From: an uncultured bacterium
GTDB lineage: Bacteria > Babelota > Babeliae > Babelales > Vermiphilaceae
Direction of reading: 5' to 3'
DNA length: 64,000 bases
Assembly (NCBI GenBank): GCA_963702025.1
Contig: OY969699.1
Span: 672,001-736,000 of the forward strand
Shown: in pieces, positions 28,773 through 37,993 of the stretch
Position numbering within the stretch: the stretch's first letter is position 1
Layout of the letters: every line of letters starts with the position of its first letter
Made by a program: the position numbers and the translations under genes
The notes under the pieces: model-generated
What the model was told of the DNA's origin: nothing
The model's input: the letters and a program-made list of their open reading frames with translations, nothing else
Database searches by the model: none

Positions 28773-29585
28773 CTATTGTGCTGGTTGAAAGTATTTTTCT
28801 TTATAAAATTGTGCTTCAGCAACCGCTTCATATGCTGCTTGTAGCGATGAATGTATTTCGTTGCGATGGTAAACATCAAGCTGCCAGAACATGCAGAATT
28901 CGCGCATTGAAAAGCAGTTTATGGTAACGGTGGAAAAATATTCTTCAAGATTTGGCATGCATTTTTTTAACATAGCGCGACATCTCATGATGCGATCAGC
29001 GCCCAAGAGTGCCGGCTTTTCTGATGTGTATTGTTTAACAAAATCAAGGATTTGAGATTCAATCTGATCGGTAAAAGATTCTTGATTTAATGCAAATATT
29101 TGGCTTTGTGCAATCATGTTTAATTGGGCATCGGTGATAATGAGCGTCATTTCTTGAATGGTATCCTTTTCTGGGTCGTAGCCGGTGGTGATGCAGCCTA
29201 GCCAGACAAGATTTTTGTGATGCTCAGGGTAACTTATTTTTTCTGAAGGGTCACCGACTGATACTGAAAGAAGACCATGAATGGCCGGGCAAGGATTAGT
29301 TATGCGTTCATTTCTAATGAGGTCTATCGTGTTGTACACTTCTTGGAAAATTGAATCGTTCAAAGGGCTTGCCGCACAAGTGTTAACAAGATCACTGGTG
29401 GCCACCACAATTTTTTGCCACGAGTCTTTATCAAAATCCTGCTCATCCCGATAACATTCAAAAGAAATTTTTACTTTGTTTGCATTGAGCAGTTGCTCTA
29501 ATGTTGGCTTATCACTATCGGCTTGGCCATACAAAGATATAAGTGTGGCAAGCGAGAGAGCTGATAGTAGTTGTACTGTTTTCAT
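28773..29585 (-). CDS. Exported fusion: unknown N-terminal domain + inactive oligoribonuclease-like (Orn) domain
   Basis: NLVWLGCITTGYDPEKDTIQEMTLIITDAQLN aligns to Orn ExoI region with DxE replaced. Confidence 0.75.
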   Translation of the reverse strand: MKTVQLLSALSLATLISLYGQADSDKPTLEQLLNANKVKISFECYRDEQDFDKDSWQKIVVATSDLVNTCAASPLNDSIFQEVYNTIDLIRNERITNPCPAIHGLLSVSVGDPSEKISYPEHHKNLVWLGCITTGYDPEKDTIQEMTLIITDAQLNMIAQSQIFALNQESFTDQIESQILDFVKQYTSEKPALLGADRIMRCRAMLKKCMPNLEEYFSTVTINCFSMREFCMFWQLDVYHRNEIHSSLQAAYEAVAEAQFYKEKYFQPAQ

Positions 29586-29604
29586 AAGAGTTCCCTAATA
29601 ATAT

Positions 29605-29877
29605 TCATTTTTTTTCATTGTTTTGGCTTGCTAATAACTGTTTTTTAGCAAATGGTATCTGTTGGTCTAAAAGAAAATTTATCATGTCGATTTTGCAATC
29701 GGCCTCTACTTTTATCTTGAGATTTGCGGGGTCGTTGGATATAGCATGAACTTCTTCCAGCATTTTTTTAAGGCGTGATTCTAGTTGTTCTAACTCTTGT
29801 GCGGCATTGGGCACCATTGCTTGAGCGCTGGAAAGAAAGCTTATTAATACAAGTAGAATTGTAATTTTCGTGTTCAT
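29605..29877 (-). CDS. Small exported helical protein
   Basis: Signal peptide AQA-MVP. Confidence 0.6.
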   Translation of the reverse strand: MNTKITILLVLISFLSSAQAMVPNAAQELEQLESRLKKMLEEVHAISNDPANLKIKVEADCKIDMINFLLDQQIPFAKKQLLASQNNEKK

Positions 29878-29942
29878 TTTTTTCTTTATAATCTACGATT
29901 TTTGAGAATTATCAATATTATAAAGGATTGCAATTATGAACG

Positions 29943-30497
29943 CTATACAAGCTTTTTCTTGAGAGTATGCTCTGTTAAAATTTCAATTATTTTAAGTCGA
30001 TTTTTTTGAGCGGTAGCATCATCAATATAGGGATAGTATTTATAAAATGGAAAAGATGCAATATCCAAAGCTGTTTTGCCATACTTATTGGTGATAGTGG
30101 GATCTGCTCCGGCATCAAGTAATATTTGTATTATTTCAGGCAAATAATACATAGCTGCCGCCATCAAAGCGGTCTGCTCGGTCTGCGGATTTTTAAGGTT
30201 TATATTCGCACCGGCTGCTATGAGTTTTTTTACAATGTTTGGCCTATTTAAATGGACAGCAAAAATCAAAGGAGAATCGTCTGATTTTGTGCTTAACTGG
30301 TCAAGATCAAGGCCTGCATTAATATATAGTTGTACTTTATCAGCATCATCTATCAATATAGCGGTAAATAATTCATGAAACTGGTTTTCATTGGCGTGCT
30401 TTTTGCCTCTTTTGGCCGGTTCCATAGCAAAATGCACGTTCATCATATGGCATAATGAGGTGGTTATTATTATTGTCTTTATAAGATTTTTCATCAT
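29943..30497 (-). CDS. Exported ankyrin-repeat protein
   Basis: A-MEP; SPLIFAV, QTALMAAA, GKTALDIA. Confidence 0.88.
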   Translation of the reverse strand: MMKNLIKTIIITTSLCHMMNVHFAMEPAKRGKKHANENQFHELFTAILIDDADKVQLYINAGLDLDQLSTKSDDSPLIFAVHLNRPNIVKKLIAAGANINLKNPQTEQTALMAAAMYYLPEIIQILLDAGADPTITNKYGKTALDIASFPFYKYYPYIDDATAQKNRLKIIEILTEHTLKKKLV

Positions 30498-30647
30498 TTC
30501 TCCATTAAAAAATATTTATACTGCTTACAACTATTTTATATGAAATATTTTCAAATAAGCAATAGTATTTTTGGAAAAAGAGGATTTTTTTAAATTTTGC
30601 TGATGGTGTAAGCCAAAAGCGATACATTCAAGAATGGAAAGAGAAAT

Positions 30648-31187
30648 TTAGCGGTCACCCATTTTTATAGAGTTATTTTTGTCTGTTTCATTTTTAAAGT
30701 TGAATACTTCATTAATTTCATTAATGAGGCCATTGTCATTACAAATCAGCTTTTTCATTACCACAATAGTGCCTTTCTTTTGTGTTGGTATCTGAAAATG
30801 CGCGATAACCATATTTTCTTCGACGCTGGCAATTGGTATATCTTCTTCAATAACAGACCAGATCCCCACATCGTTTTTTGCTGAACTAATCTGGTCGTAG
30901 AGTTCTTTTATTGTTGTTGCCACTGGGATTCTTCCCTCAAGATTATGACAGTCATTTACGAATTTCTTAATGTCGGGTGCAAAAAGCGCCTTCATGGTGG
31001 GCAGCAAATCGCCAGTTTCCTCTTGGCCGAATTGAGTTAAAAACTTATGGTAGCGTTCTGCAACTGCTTTTAAATAATGAGCTTTCGCAACATATTCTTC
31101 ATATGATGTAGGCCTTTTGCTTTCCATTGAAAAGCACGACCCATGCAAAAAAACTATACTCAATAGTGATAAAATTATTTTATTCAT
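30648..31187 (-). CDS. Hypothetical exported protein (possible NTF2/SnoaL-like fold)
   Basis: Start at MNKIIL after AAGGA; S-MES; LFAPD...GLINEINEVF pattern. Confidence 0.55.
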   Translation of the reverse strand: MNKIILSLLSIVFLHGSCFSMESKRPTSYEEYVAKAHYLKAVAERYHKFLTQFGQEETGDLLPTMKALFAPDIKKFVNDCHNLEGRIPVATTIKELYDQISSAKNDVGIWSVIEEDIPIASVEENMVIAHFQIPTQKKGTIVVMKKLICNDNGLINEINEVFNFKNETDKNNSIKMGDR

Positions 31188-31207
31188 TGTGTTCCTTATA
31201 TTTAATT

Positions 31208-31543
31208 TCATTTATCATGTATTTCTTCAATAAAAATTTTCTTATGATACCCACCGCGTACTTTGAATTTCTCCGCACGCACTTTTTCTAATTCTTCCAT
31301 CGATCCGGTAATGATGGGCGCAAGCGCATTAATCACTTCTTGAATATCGGCGAGCTCCTCAGGAATGGGATTTTCTAAGAATTCTTTCACCTCTTCCTGA
31401 AGCTTATTATAGAGCGCAACTTTATATTCATCATCGGATAAAATGTGCGTGATTGCTTTGCCACCTTTGGCGGCAAGGTTTTCATGGATATTATCACGGC
31501 CCAATTTGTTGAGGACTCTTATTTTACTTGGTTTGTTGGTCAT
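31208..31543 (-). CDS. All-alpha NTP pyrophosphohydrolase (MazG/PRA-PH-like)
   Basis: NKLGRDNI, KLQEEVKEF, EELADIQEVI, RGGY. Confidence 0.85.
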   Translation of the reverse strand: MTNKPSKIRVLNKLGRDNIHENLAAKGGKAITHILSDDEYKVALYNKLQEEVKEFLENPIPEELADIQEVINALAPIITGSMEELEKVRAEKFKVRGGYHKKIFIEEIHDK

Positions 31544-31896
31544 TATTTTAATAACCCCTTGCGTTTTTGAAGTCGCCAGACTTTACCAAATGAGTACATA
31601 CTCAATAGGAATGATGAACCGGTAAAGAAGGCAGAAGTGCCGGTGAAGGTGTCGAATGCGGACTGCGGTTTTTGGCCGCCGGAGGACCACCATTCTAGCC
31701 CATCAAATACCGGCCCAAGAGTGGTGGTAAAGGCGCCGAAGGTGAGGGTGCTGGCTGCTGCTGCAGTGCCGAGTGTGCCAAAGCCAATTTGTTTTAAGAG
31801 TAAGACTCTTTTTTGCGCCGGATTTGCCATACCATTGAGCAGGGTGCTATTTGAAGCACAAAGAATGATGGTGATTGCCAGGAGTTTAAATTTCAT
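31543..31896 (-). CDS. Small exported membrane-hairpin protein
   Basis: G-MAN; two uncharged Gly/Ala/Thr/Phe-rich segments; basic C-terminus. Confidence 0.55.
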   Translation of the reverse strand: MKFKLLAITIILCASNSTLLNGMANPAQKRVLLLKQIGFGTLGTAAAASTLTFGAFTTTLGPVFDGLEWWSSGGQKPQSAFDTFTGTSAFFTGSSFLLSMYSFGKVWRLQKRKGLLK

Positions 31897-31908
31897 TTGA
31901 TGTTTTCC

Positions 31909-32799
31909 TTATGGTTTTGCTAATGCGCGTTCAATTGTTGCAATCATTTTTTTATCACCGGTGTCTTGTGCAAGTTGCAACGGACTTTCACCTTTATCAG
32001 TGAGTGCTTCTACATGAGCCTTGTGGGCAATCAGCTCTTCTACTACATCTGCTAAGTGATGAACAATTGCACAATGCAGAGGAATTCTTCCTTTGGCATC
32101 GCGCATGTTAATGAGAGCCCCACCCTTGATGAGTGCTTGGACCGTCTCTAAAGCATTCTCTTTATGAAGAGTGTTGTCTGTTGCCAAATGCAATGGTGTT
32201 TCCTCGGTAATAATTGTTTGTGCATTAATCTGTGCACCAAAAGAAAGAAGCAACGGTATTGCTTCTGGCCTGCATTTCATGGCGGCATAATGTAAAGGAG
32301 TTAATCCATTTTCTGAACAACAGGGCGCATTAACTTTTGCCCCGGCATGAATGAGTAATGATATTGTGCGTTGACTACCGCTTGCAGCTGCCTCATGGAG
32401 AGGGAAACTACCATCATCGGCGACTGCGTTAATATCTGCTTTGTTGCGTATCAATTCTTCTACAATGTGTTCGTGTCCATTGTTTGCCGCAAAATGAAGC
32501 GGGGTTCTATTATAGGTTGTCCGCGCATTCACATGTGCCTTATATTTGATGAGGAGTTCAACCATTTTGAGATCGCCAGCGTTGGCAGCATTATGTAAGG
32601 GCGTCCAGCGAAATGATTCGGTAATATCTGGATTAACCCCATTTTTTAATAAACTTTCTATGATTTCATAGTCCTTATTTTTCGCTGCCATCAATAATTG
32701 TATATGCTTTGCCGGTATGGGGTCCATAGCAAAAGAAAGTGCACATGTCATACCCAAAATAGATACATAAAGAAGTTTCACGGTTGTTCCTTTAATCAT
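31909..32799 (-). CDS. Exported ankyrin-repeat protein (about 7 repeats)
   Basis: A-MDP; repeated TPLH.AA..G motifs. Confidence 0.92.
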   Translation of the reverse strand: MIKGTTVKLLYVSILGMTCALSFAMDPIPAKHIQLLMAAKNKDYEIIESLLKNGVNPDITESFRWTPLHNAANAGDLKMVELLIKYKAHVNARTTYNRTPLHFAANNGHEHIVEELIRNKADINAVADDGSFPLHEAAASGSQRTISLLIHAGAKVNAPCCSENGLTPLHYAAMKCRPEAIPLLLSFGAQINAQTIITEETPLHLATDNTLHKENALETVQALIKGGALINMRDAKGRIPLHCAIVHHLADVVEELIAHKAHVEALTDKGESPLQLAQDTGDKKMIATIERALAKP

Positions 32800-32916
32800 A
32801 AAATTAAAAAGAAATTAAAATTAGGTATAAGTGTAATCAACGAGGCAACTAAAGGCTAGTGCTTATTTGTGCATATAAGTAAAAATAAGATTATGATTTA
32901 GGTATGCATAGGATCT

Positions 32917-33744
32917 CTAAAAAAGTTTGTAAAACAAAAAGTCAGGAATACTTTTAATAAACCAAGCAATTAAACGCCAGCGTTTGGTGACATACGCATG
33001 CTCCCTTTTTTGTTCAATTGCATCGGCAATCTGCCTCGCTGCCTCTTGTGGTGTTGCGCGCCAAAAATCTGAAGGTTCTTGGCTCGGGTCACAGGCGCCC
33101 CGCATTGCCGTATAAACCAGACCGGGTTCAATGGTGGTAACATAAATTGGCTTATTTAATTTCACAAATCTGCCACGCAATCCATGTAAGAATGTCGAAA
33201 CGTATGCTTTTGACGCACTATAGGTTGGCGCTGCACTTGAACCGCGCAATGCGATGATGCTTGATATACCAACTAAATGGCCGCTGCCTTTTTCTATAAA
33301 ATAATCGCTGGCAACGCTGGCCATGGCGGTGAAACCTAAAACGTTGATATCAATAATCTCTTTTTGTTTTTCCCATGCCAAATCGCAATTGCCCACCGCG
33401 GCATTGATTACGATGATATCCACGCCGCCCATTTCTTTGATCAGCTCTTTGAGTTGCGTTTGCGCTTCTTGCGTTTTGGCAATATCCATTTGTTGTACAT
33501 AAGTTGGTGATGGAATCTCTTTGGCAATTGTGTGCAAAAGATGTTCGCGTCTGCCGGTTAATCCAACAATGGCGCCTCTTTTTGCCATCTCTTTTGCAAG
33601 TGCTTCTCCAATGCCGGAAGTTGCGCCGATAATGATTACTTTTTGTTGCGAATGAGTTCCATTATTGCGGTGCCAATGGGAACAGAATGCGTAAAATCCT
33701 GAGAACAAAAGAAGAATAGTGGCAATAAATTTTGTTTTATTCAT
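32917..33744 (-). CDS. Short-chain dehydrogenase/reductase with signal-like N-terminus
   Basis: GATSGIG, NAA, YSASK. Confidence 0.9.
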   Translation of the reverse strand: MNKTKFIATILLLFSGFYAFCSHWHRNNGTHSQQKVIIIGATSGIGEALAKEMAKRGAIVGLTGRREHLLHTIAKEIPSPTYVQQMDIAKTQEAQTQLKELIKEMGGVDIIVINAAVGNCDLAWEKQKEIIDINVLGFTAMASVASDYFIEKGSGHLVGISSIIALRGSSAAPTYSASKAYVSTFLHGLRGRFVKLNKPIYVTTIEPGLVYTAMRGACDPSQEPSDFWRATPQEAARQIADAIEQKREHAYVTKRWRLIAWFIKSIPDFLFYKLF

Positions 33745-33757
33745 CAAATAATCCAAC

Positions 33758-34597
33758 CTAATTGATTGCTGTGCTTGCAATTTTATCAGCCAGCCATGCT
33801 TTATGTTCTATCAAATAATCAAGCTGCAAAAGAGCTTTTTGCATATCCCATTTTTGAGTAAATTTTTCTGCCCCACGATATTGAAACCCTTTGAAAAGAA
33901 TATTTCTTTCTTTGCATGCATTGGCAACTGAAGTGAGATTATTCACAGAATCATCGAAGAAAATAATCATGTTTGGTTGTAATTTAAACTGATCAAGAAA
34001 TGCGGCAACCACCGCCCCTTTTGATTGTTGATTGCAACAGAGAATGCCATTGTATAATTCAGGGTAGTTATTTCTATACCGTGGCAATGTGCTAAAAATG
34101 GAATTAGGAAATTTACGGCTGAATTCGATACCCAGCTGAGTGAGTACTTCTGAGCGCCATGCCGGAAAGTTTTCGATGACTCCAAATGTGCCGGTCTCCA
34201 TTGAGGTAAGGCCCAATATGATACAATCTTGTGATTGAAGTTCAGCAAGAATTGGTACAATATCCGGTTCAATAACGAACCATTTAGTTTGTTGCCACAT
34301 GATACTGTAATAACGTTCTATATTTTTTTTAAAGAGCAGCTGGGGATGCCTGGCAATTGCTCTTATCATGAACCATAATGGCAATGGAGAATGGCCCATA
34401 GTGTCAATCGTGCTGATAAGGGTGTCATCGATATCAAAAAAAATTAATCTGTTATTGCATGGGGATAGTGCAGGAAAAGCTTCTTGAAATGAATTTATTT
34501 GCTGAAATGTTTGCTGATTTGATGATTTTCTTATGGAGAAGAATATCAGCACCAGCAGACAGACTATAAACACATAGCAGATTTTTTTCGCTAGCAT
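33758..34597 (-). CDS. HAD-like protein (DUF2608-like) with N-terminal anchor
   Basis: FFDIDDTL, KG.V, IIFFDDS..NL. Confidence 0.75.
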   Translation of the reverse strand: MLAKKICYVFIVCLLVLIFFSIRKSSNQQTFQQINSFQEAFPALSPCNNRLIFFDIDDTLISTIDTMGHSPLPLWFMIRAIARHPQLLFKKNIERYYSIMWQQTKWFVIEPDIVPILAELQSQDCIILGLTSMETGTFGVIENFPAWRSEVLTQLGIEFSRKFPNSIFSTLPRYRNNYPELYNGILCCNQQSKGAVVAAFLDQFKLQPNMIIFFDDSVNNLTSVANACKERNILFKGFQYRGAEKFTQKWDMQKALLQLDYLIEHKAWLADKIASTAIN

Positions 34598-34666
34598 ATG
34601 AATCCTTGAAGAAGGATAGTGATTGCCAGAAGTTTTAATTCCATTGGCTGCTTCCTTTTATAAATG

Positions 34667-35050
34667 TTATGACTGAAATGTAATATTGTGTGTGAACGTT
34701 GGTTTATACTTGCATGCTCGAACTTGAATAATCTGCTCGTTGATCATTTCACGCTTGTCACGCTTAAAGACAATACTATACGGCCCGGGGGCAGGGGCTC
34801 TAAAAGTCCATCTTTGCCGGTAACTCTCACAAAAAGGAGCAATTTCATATTTTACCAGATCAAGCGGTGCATAACTTTCCGCTTTCCATCCTTTCTGCGG
34901 ATCGCTTAAATAAGTCTCAACCTGAAATGGGTAATTTACCGCAACATCGCATCGCTCATGGGAAGAATCGAGATAGCCGGATTTGAGATTGAAGGGAAAA
35001 AAAAGAGATACACACACTAAAAGTGCTTGCACGATAGTATATTTTTTCAT
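34667..35050 (-). CDS. Small exported beta-sandwich protein (possibly chagasin/I42-like)
   Basis: Start reassigned to MKKYTIV; WTFRAPAPGPYSIVF resembles I42 inhibitor C-terminal strands. Confidence 0.45.
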   Translation of the reverse strand: MKKYTIVQALLVCVSLFFPFNLKSGYLDSSHERCDVAVNYPFQVETYLSDPQKGWKAESYAPLDLVKYEIAPFCESYRQRWTFRAPAPGPYSIVFKRDKREMINEQIIQVRACKYKPTFTHNITFQS

Positions 35051-35063
35051 GAGAAACTTCCTT

Positions 35064-35396
35064 TTATCTTCCCTTAGCAATGGCAGCGGCATAGTTAAAT
35101 TGGTAAAAATATGATTGCCATTGTTCATCAGTAGAATGATGTTCATTATTGTACATAAAATAATCAACGAGCATATAGCGAGCGCGACAGATTTCCTTGA
35201 GGCGTTTTCTATTTTTAGGATCAGCAATGGTAAGGTCAATTAATTCAAGAGCTCGTTCAAATGCTTTTTTGCTATACTCAGGATTTGTATCTCGCCACTG
35301 GATTGTGCGTTCAATATCCATGCCGACATTTGCTAATTGTTCAAAAATAGAAAATTTGAACCATCGCTCTGGTATTAAGCCTGTATGGATTATCAT
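35064..35396 (-). CDS. Conserved hypothetical protein
   Basis: EQLANVG.DIER...RALELIDLT..DPK pattern; ATGA-coupled to the upstream gene. Confidence 0.75.
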   Translation of the reverse strand: MIIHTGLIPERWFKFSIFEQLANVGMDIERTIQWRDTNPEYSKKAFERALELIDLTIADPKNRKRLKEICRARYMLVDYFMYNNEHHSTDEQWQSYFYQFNYAAAIAKGR

Positions 35397-35738
35397 GCTT
35401 TCACCAACTGATTTACAATTTTTATAATTTGTTCCCGAATTTTTTGATTCTCAACACTGCGCGTTCTATTTCCTTGGCTCGGTCGCAGGGTTTATCATGG
35501 AGTCAAATATGATAAACTCTGGGCTTCCCCACTGTTCTGGGTAAAGATTTATGCCCCATAGATTTTCTTGTTTTGATTCATTTTCAAGTAACCAAGCTTC
35601 TTCATCAACGTGCATAACCGCATCAACTACCATTATTTGCTTTTCAATATCAACAACAGCTTTTACTAAATTTTCAAACATTTTTGTGGACATTTGCTTG
35701 AGCTCTTCTAATGTAATTTCTTTTTCTACCAGTTTCAT
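35393..35738 (-). pseudogene. DUF5674-like gene with a single-base frameshift
   Basis: VKAVVDIEK...NLWGINLYP...FDSMIN; removing one G at 35488-35490 restores LRPSQGNRTRSVENQKIREQIIKIVNQLVKA*, whose stop overlaps the next ATG. Confidence 0.75.
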
Positions 35739-35779
35739 AAATTCTCTTATTATGTTTTAAGTTATTTCCACTTTTATAT

Positions 35780-36238
35780 TTATACATCAAATAATAAATA
35801 CCATGATACTGCGCAACAAAACCAGGCAAGCAGATGAAACAGAACATGAATGGTATTGGGCACCACATTATCTCCCCGTGCGGGTAGAAAATGATGGGTA
35901 TTTTTATAGACGCTATATTCTTCTTTGTGTTTTTCTGTGCTGCCAAACAAATAAGGAATCCACCAATCATGGATAATGCCGATGGTTAATAAGGTATAAA
36001 TTGCTATAAGATTTATCTTTACCCACAACGGATACGGCCCCGGATAATAAAAAAGGGTGAGAAATAATCCCCAGAGATCTATAAGCGTATGGATAATGGC
36101 GGAAGTTACCAAAAGCTTCAGTGAATGCCGTTTGCGTAATGCTTGGACATCAGTAAAGGGGGCAATAGTTATAAAATCATGCACGGCATTAAAAAGAATA
36201 ATAATAATTTGTGCGAGTACAAATAAAAGGATCAACAT
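35780..36238 (-). CDS. Hypothetical membrane protein
   Basis: About four hydrophobic segments; WWIPYLFG, FLPARG, PNT.H motifs. Confidence 0.7.
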   Translation of the reverse strand: MLILLFVLAQIIIILFNAVHDFITIAPFTDVQALRKRHSLKLLVTSAIIHTLIDLWGLFLTLFYYPGPYPLWVKINLIAIYTLLTIGIIHDWWIPYLFGSTEKHKEEYSVYKNTHHFLPARGDNVVPNTIHVLFHLLAWFCCAVSWYLLFDV

Positions 36239-36239
36239 G

Positions 36240-37130
36240 CTATTTTCTGTTCTTTACATCTTTAATTGATGGTTGAAATTCTTCTATCGAGAAAGGGCAT
36301 TCTTGTTTTATATCAACATAGGGCAATCCATGTTTTTTATAAATTGCTTGAAGCGCAGCTATTTTTCTTAATCGTTCTTCTCGTGGCTCTGTCCAGATAA
36401 CATCGATATGTGCCTCCGTATTTTCAACTTCAAACAGATAGACATTGTTGTTTTTGTTTTTCCGTAATTCACAATACAATCTGCGCGCATCGTGAATTGA
36501 AAGTTGAAAATCGTTGACGCTGTGCATAATAATGATGGGAATGTTTGGTGATAATTTTTTGGCTGATTCAAAAGCGCTTATTCCCCATGGGCTATAACTA
36601 GGAAAAAATTTTAATTTGGCTGCCCACGGCAATATAAATGTTGGAAATAGAGAACTTGAAGTAATAGGAACTTCGGATTTAGCAGTGTGTGCAATTGCGC
36701 TGTTGCCTGAACCTAAAACTGCCTCGAGCACCACACAACGGGCAATTTTTTCCTGTTCTTCATGAGATTTTTGTGCAAGCCAATTTACTATAGTGGCCGA
36801 ACCCTGTGAAATGCCACAAATTATTGTGGGTGGTCGGTTATTTTTATCTTTAAATGCCGGATCGTTATCAAATTGTTCTTGAAAATGTTTGATGCAGTTT
36901 GTTTGACCTAAATCAATAAGGTTCGGATCTTCTAATACTTTATAACAAGAATAACTGCTGGCGTTAACAATATGATAATCTATAAATGAACCACCACCAA
37001 GCCCATTTTGACCGGGTAAAATAATCGAATAAAAATCGACATTTTTTTCATCATTTTTTTCCATTGTGAAAGTCAGAGAGCTGAAGCATAGAAATGCCAG
37101 CGATATATTTTTTTGTTTAACAAAATTCAT
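36240..37130 (-). CDS. Exported alpha/beta hydrolase
   Basis: T-MEK; GISQG nucleophile elbow; HSVND; AHID. Confidence 0.75.
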   Translation of the reverse strand: MNFVKQKNISLAFLCFSSLTFTMEKNDEKNVDFYSIILPGQNGLGGGSFIDYHIVNASSYSCYKVLEDPNLIDLGQTNCIKHFQEQFDNDPAFKDKNNRPPTIICGISQGSATIVNWLAQKSHEEQEKIARCVVLEAVLGSGNSAIAHTAKSEVPITSSSLFPTFILPWAAKLKFFPSYSPWGISAFESAKKLSPNIPIIIMHSVNDFQLSIHDARRLYCELRKNKNNNVYLFEVENTEAHIDVIWTEPREERLRKIAALQAIYKKHGLPYVDIKQECPFSIEEFQPSIKDVKNRK

Positions 37131-37151
37131 ACTATAATCCCTTTTTCTTCT

Positions 37152-37907
37152 CTAGCCTATAGTAACTTTTTTGATCGTTTCGGGCCAATTGCTATGTAGA
37201 ATAACCTTAATCCCGCATTCTGCCGCCGCATCCACATTCTTTTTACTATCATCAATAAAGTAACATTCTTCCGGGTTCACTTTAAGAGTATCAAGAATTA
37301 ACTGATAAATTCTTTTATCAGGTTTGGCATATCCGGCCGTTGCGGGGATAAAAATATCCGATTCAGCAAAATGTGAAAATAATAATTCCGGATATTTTTG
37401 CTTGATTAAGGCGAATGATAGCGGATCCCAGTTAGAAAGAATGAGTATGCGGATGCCATTTGCTGTGCATTGTTTGATAAATGCGAGTGCTTCTTGATAA
37501 AGTAGTGTCCAGGCAGTGAGTTGTTCAGGATCGAACATCATGAGTGCCCCGTGTTTTATAAGTAAGCGTTCGTGCTCACTGGTAAAGAAAGCTGCTTGAA
37601 TAGGGTTATCGATATGATCAAGAATATGCTGGGCAATTTCGGTACCCGAAATGGCGCCAAAGAGCCATGGCATTTTAAAATCCTGATTGCCTACTTGATT
37701 GGCAAAATCAAAGGCGCGTAAAAAAATTCGAGGAGATTTGAAATCAGTGGGAAATTGAGCCTGTATTTCTAAGGGAAGATTATCAAACACAAAATGTTCA
37801 GGCTCTTTAAATACAACGCCGCCTAAATCAAAAATAATCACCGGATCTCCTAAACTGGGAGGGAAAAAGAGTATAAATAACCATATTTTGGTAACAATGT
37901 TTTTCAT
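37152..37907 (-). CDS. HAD-family phosphatase with signal-like N-terminus
   Basis: IIFDLGGVV, ILSN, KPD, FIDDS..NV. Confidence 0.85.
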   Translation of the reverse strand: MKNIVTKIWLFILFFPPSLGDPVIIFDLGGVVFKEPEHFVFDNLPLEIQAQFPTDFKSPRIFLRAFDFANQVGNQDFKMPWLFGAISGTEIAQHILDHIDNPIQAAFFTSEHERLLIKHGALMMFDPEQLTAWTLLYQEALAFIKQCTANGIRILILSNWDPLSFALIKQKYPELLFSHFAESDIFIPATAGYAKPDKRIYQLILDTLKVNPEECYFIDDSKKNVDAAAECGIKVILHSNWPETIKKVTIG

Positions 37908-37993
37908 GAATGTATTAAATCTCTTATTTGCCTGCAATTTCTGCTGCGCTATTCTTTTCCGAACTTACCTCTACAATATTTTTATGCTTTCAT

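Noticed and set aside
35051..35239. 5' extension of the 190-aa ORF
   Set aside because: Overlaps the conserved gene 35064..35396; the signal peptide begins at Met 35050
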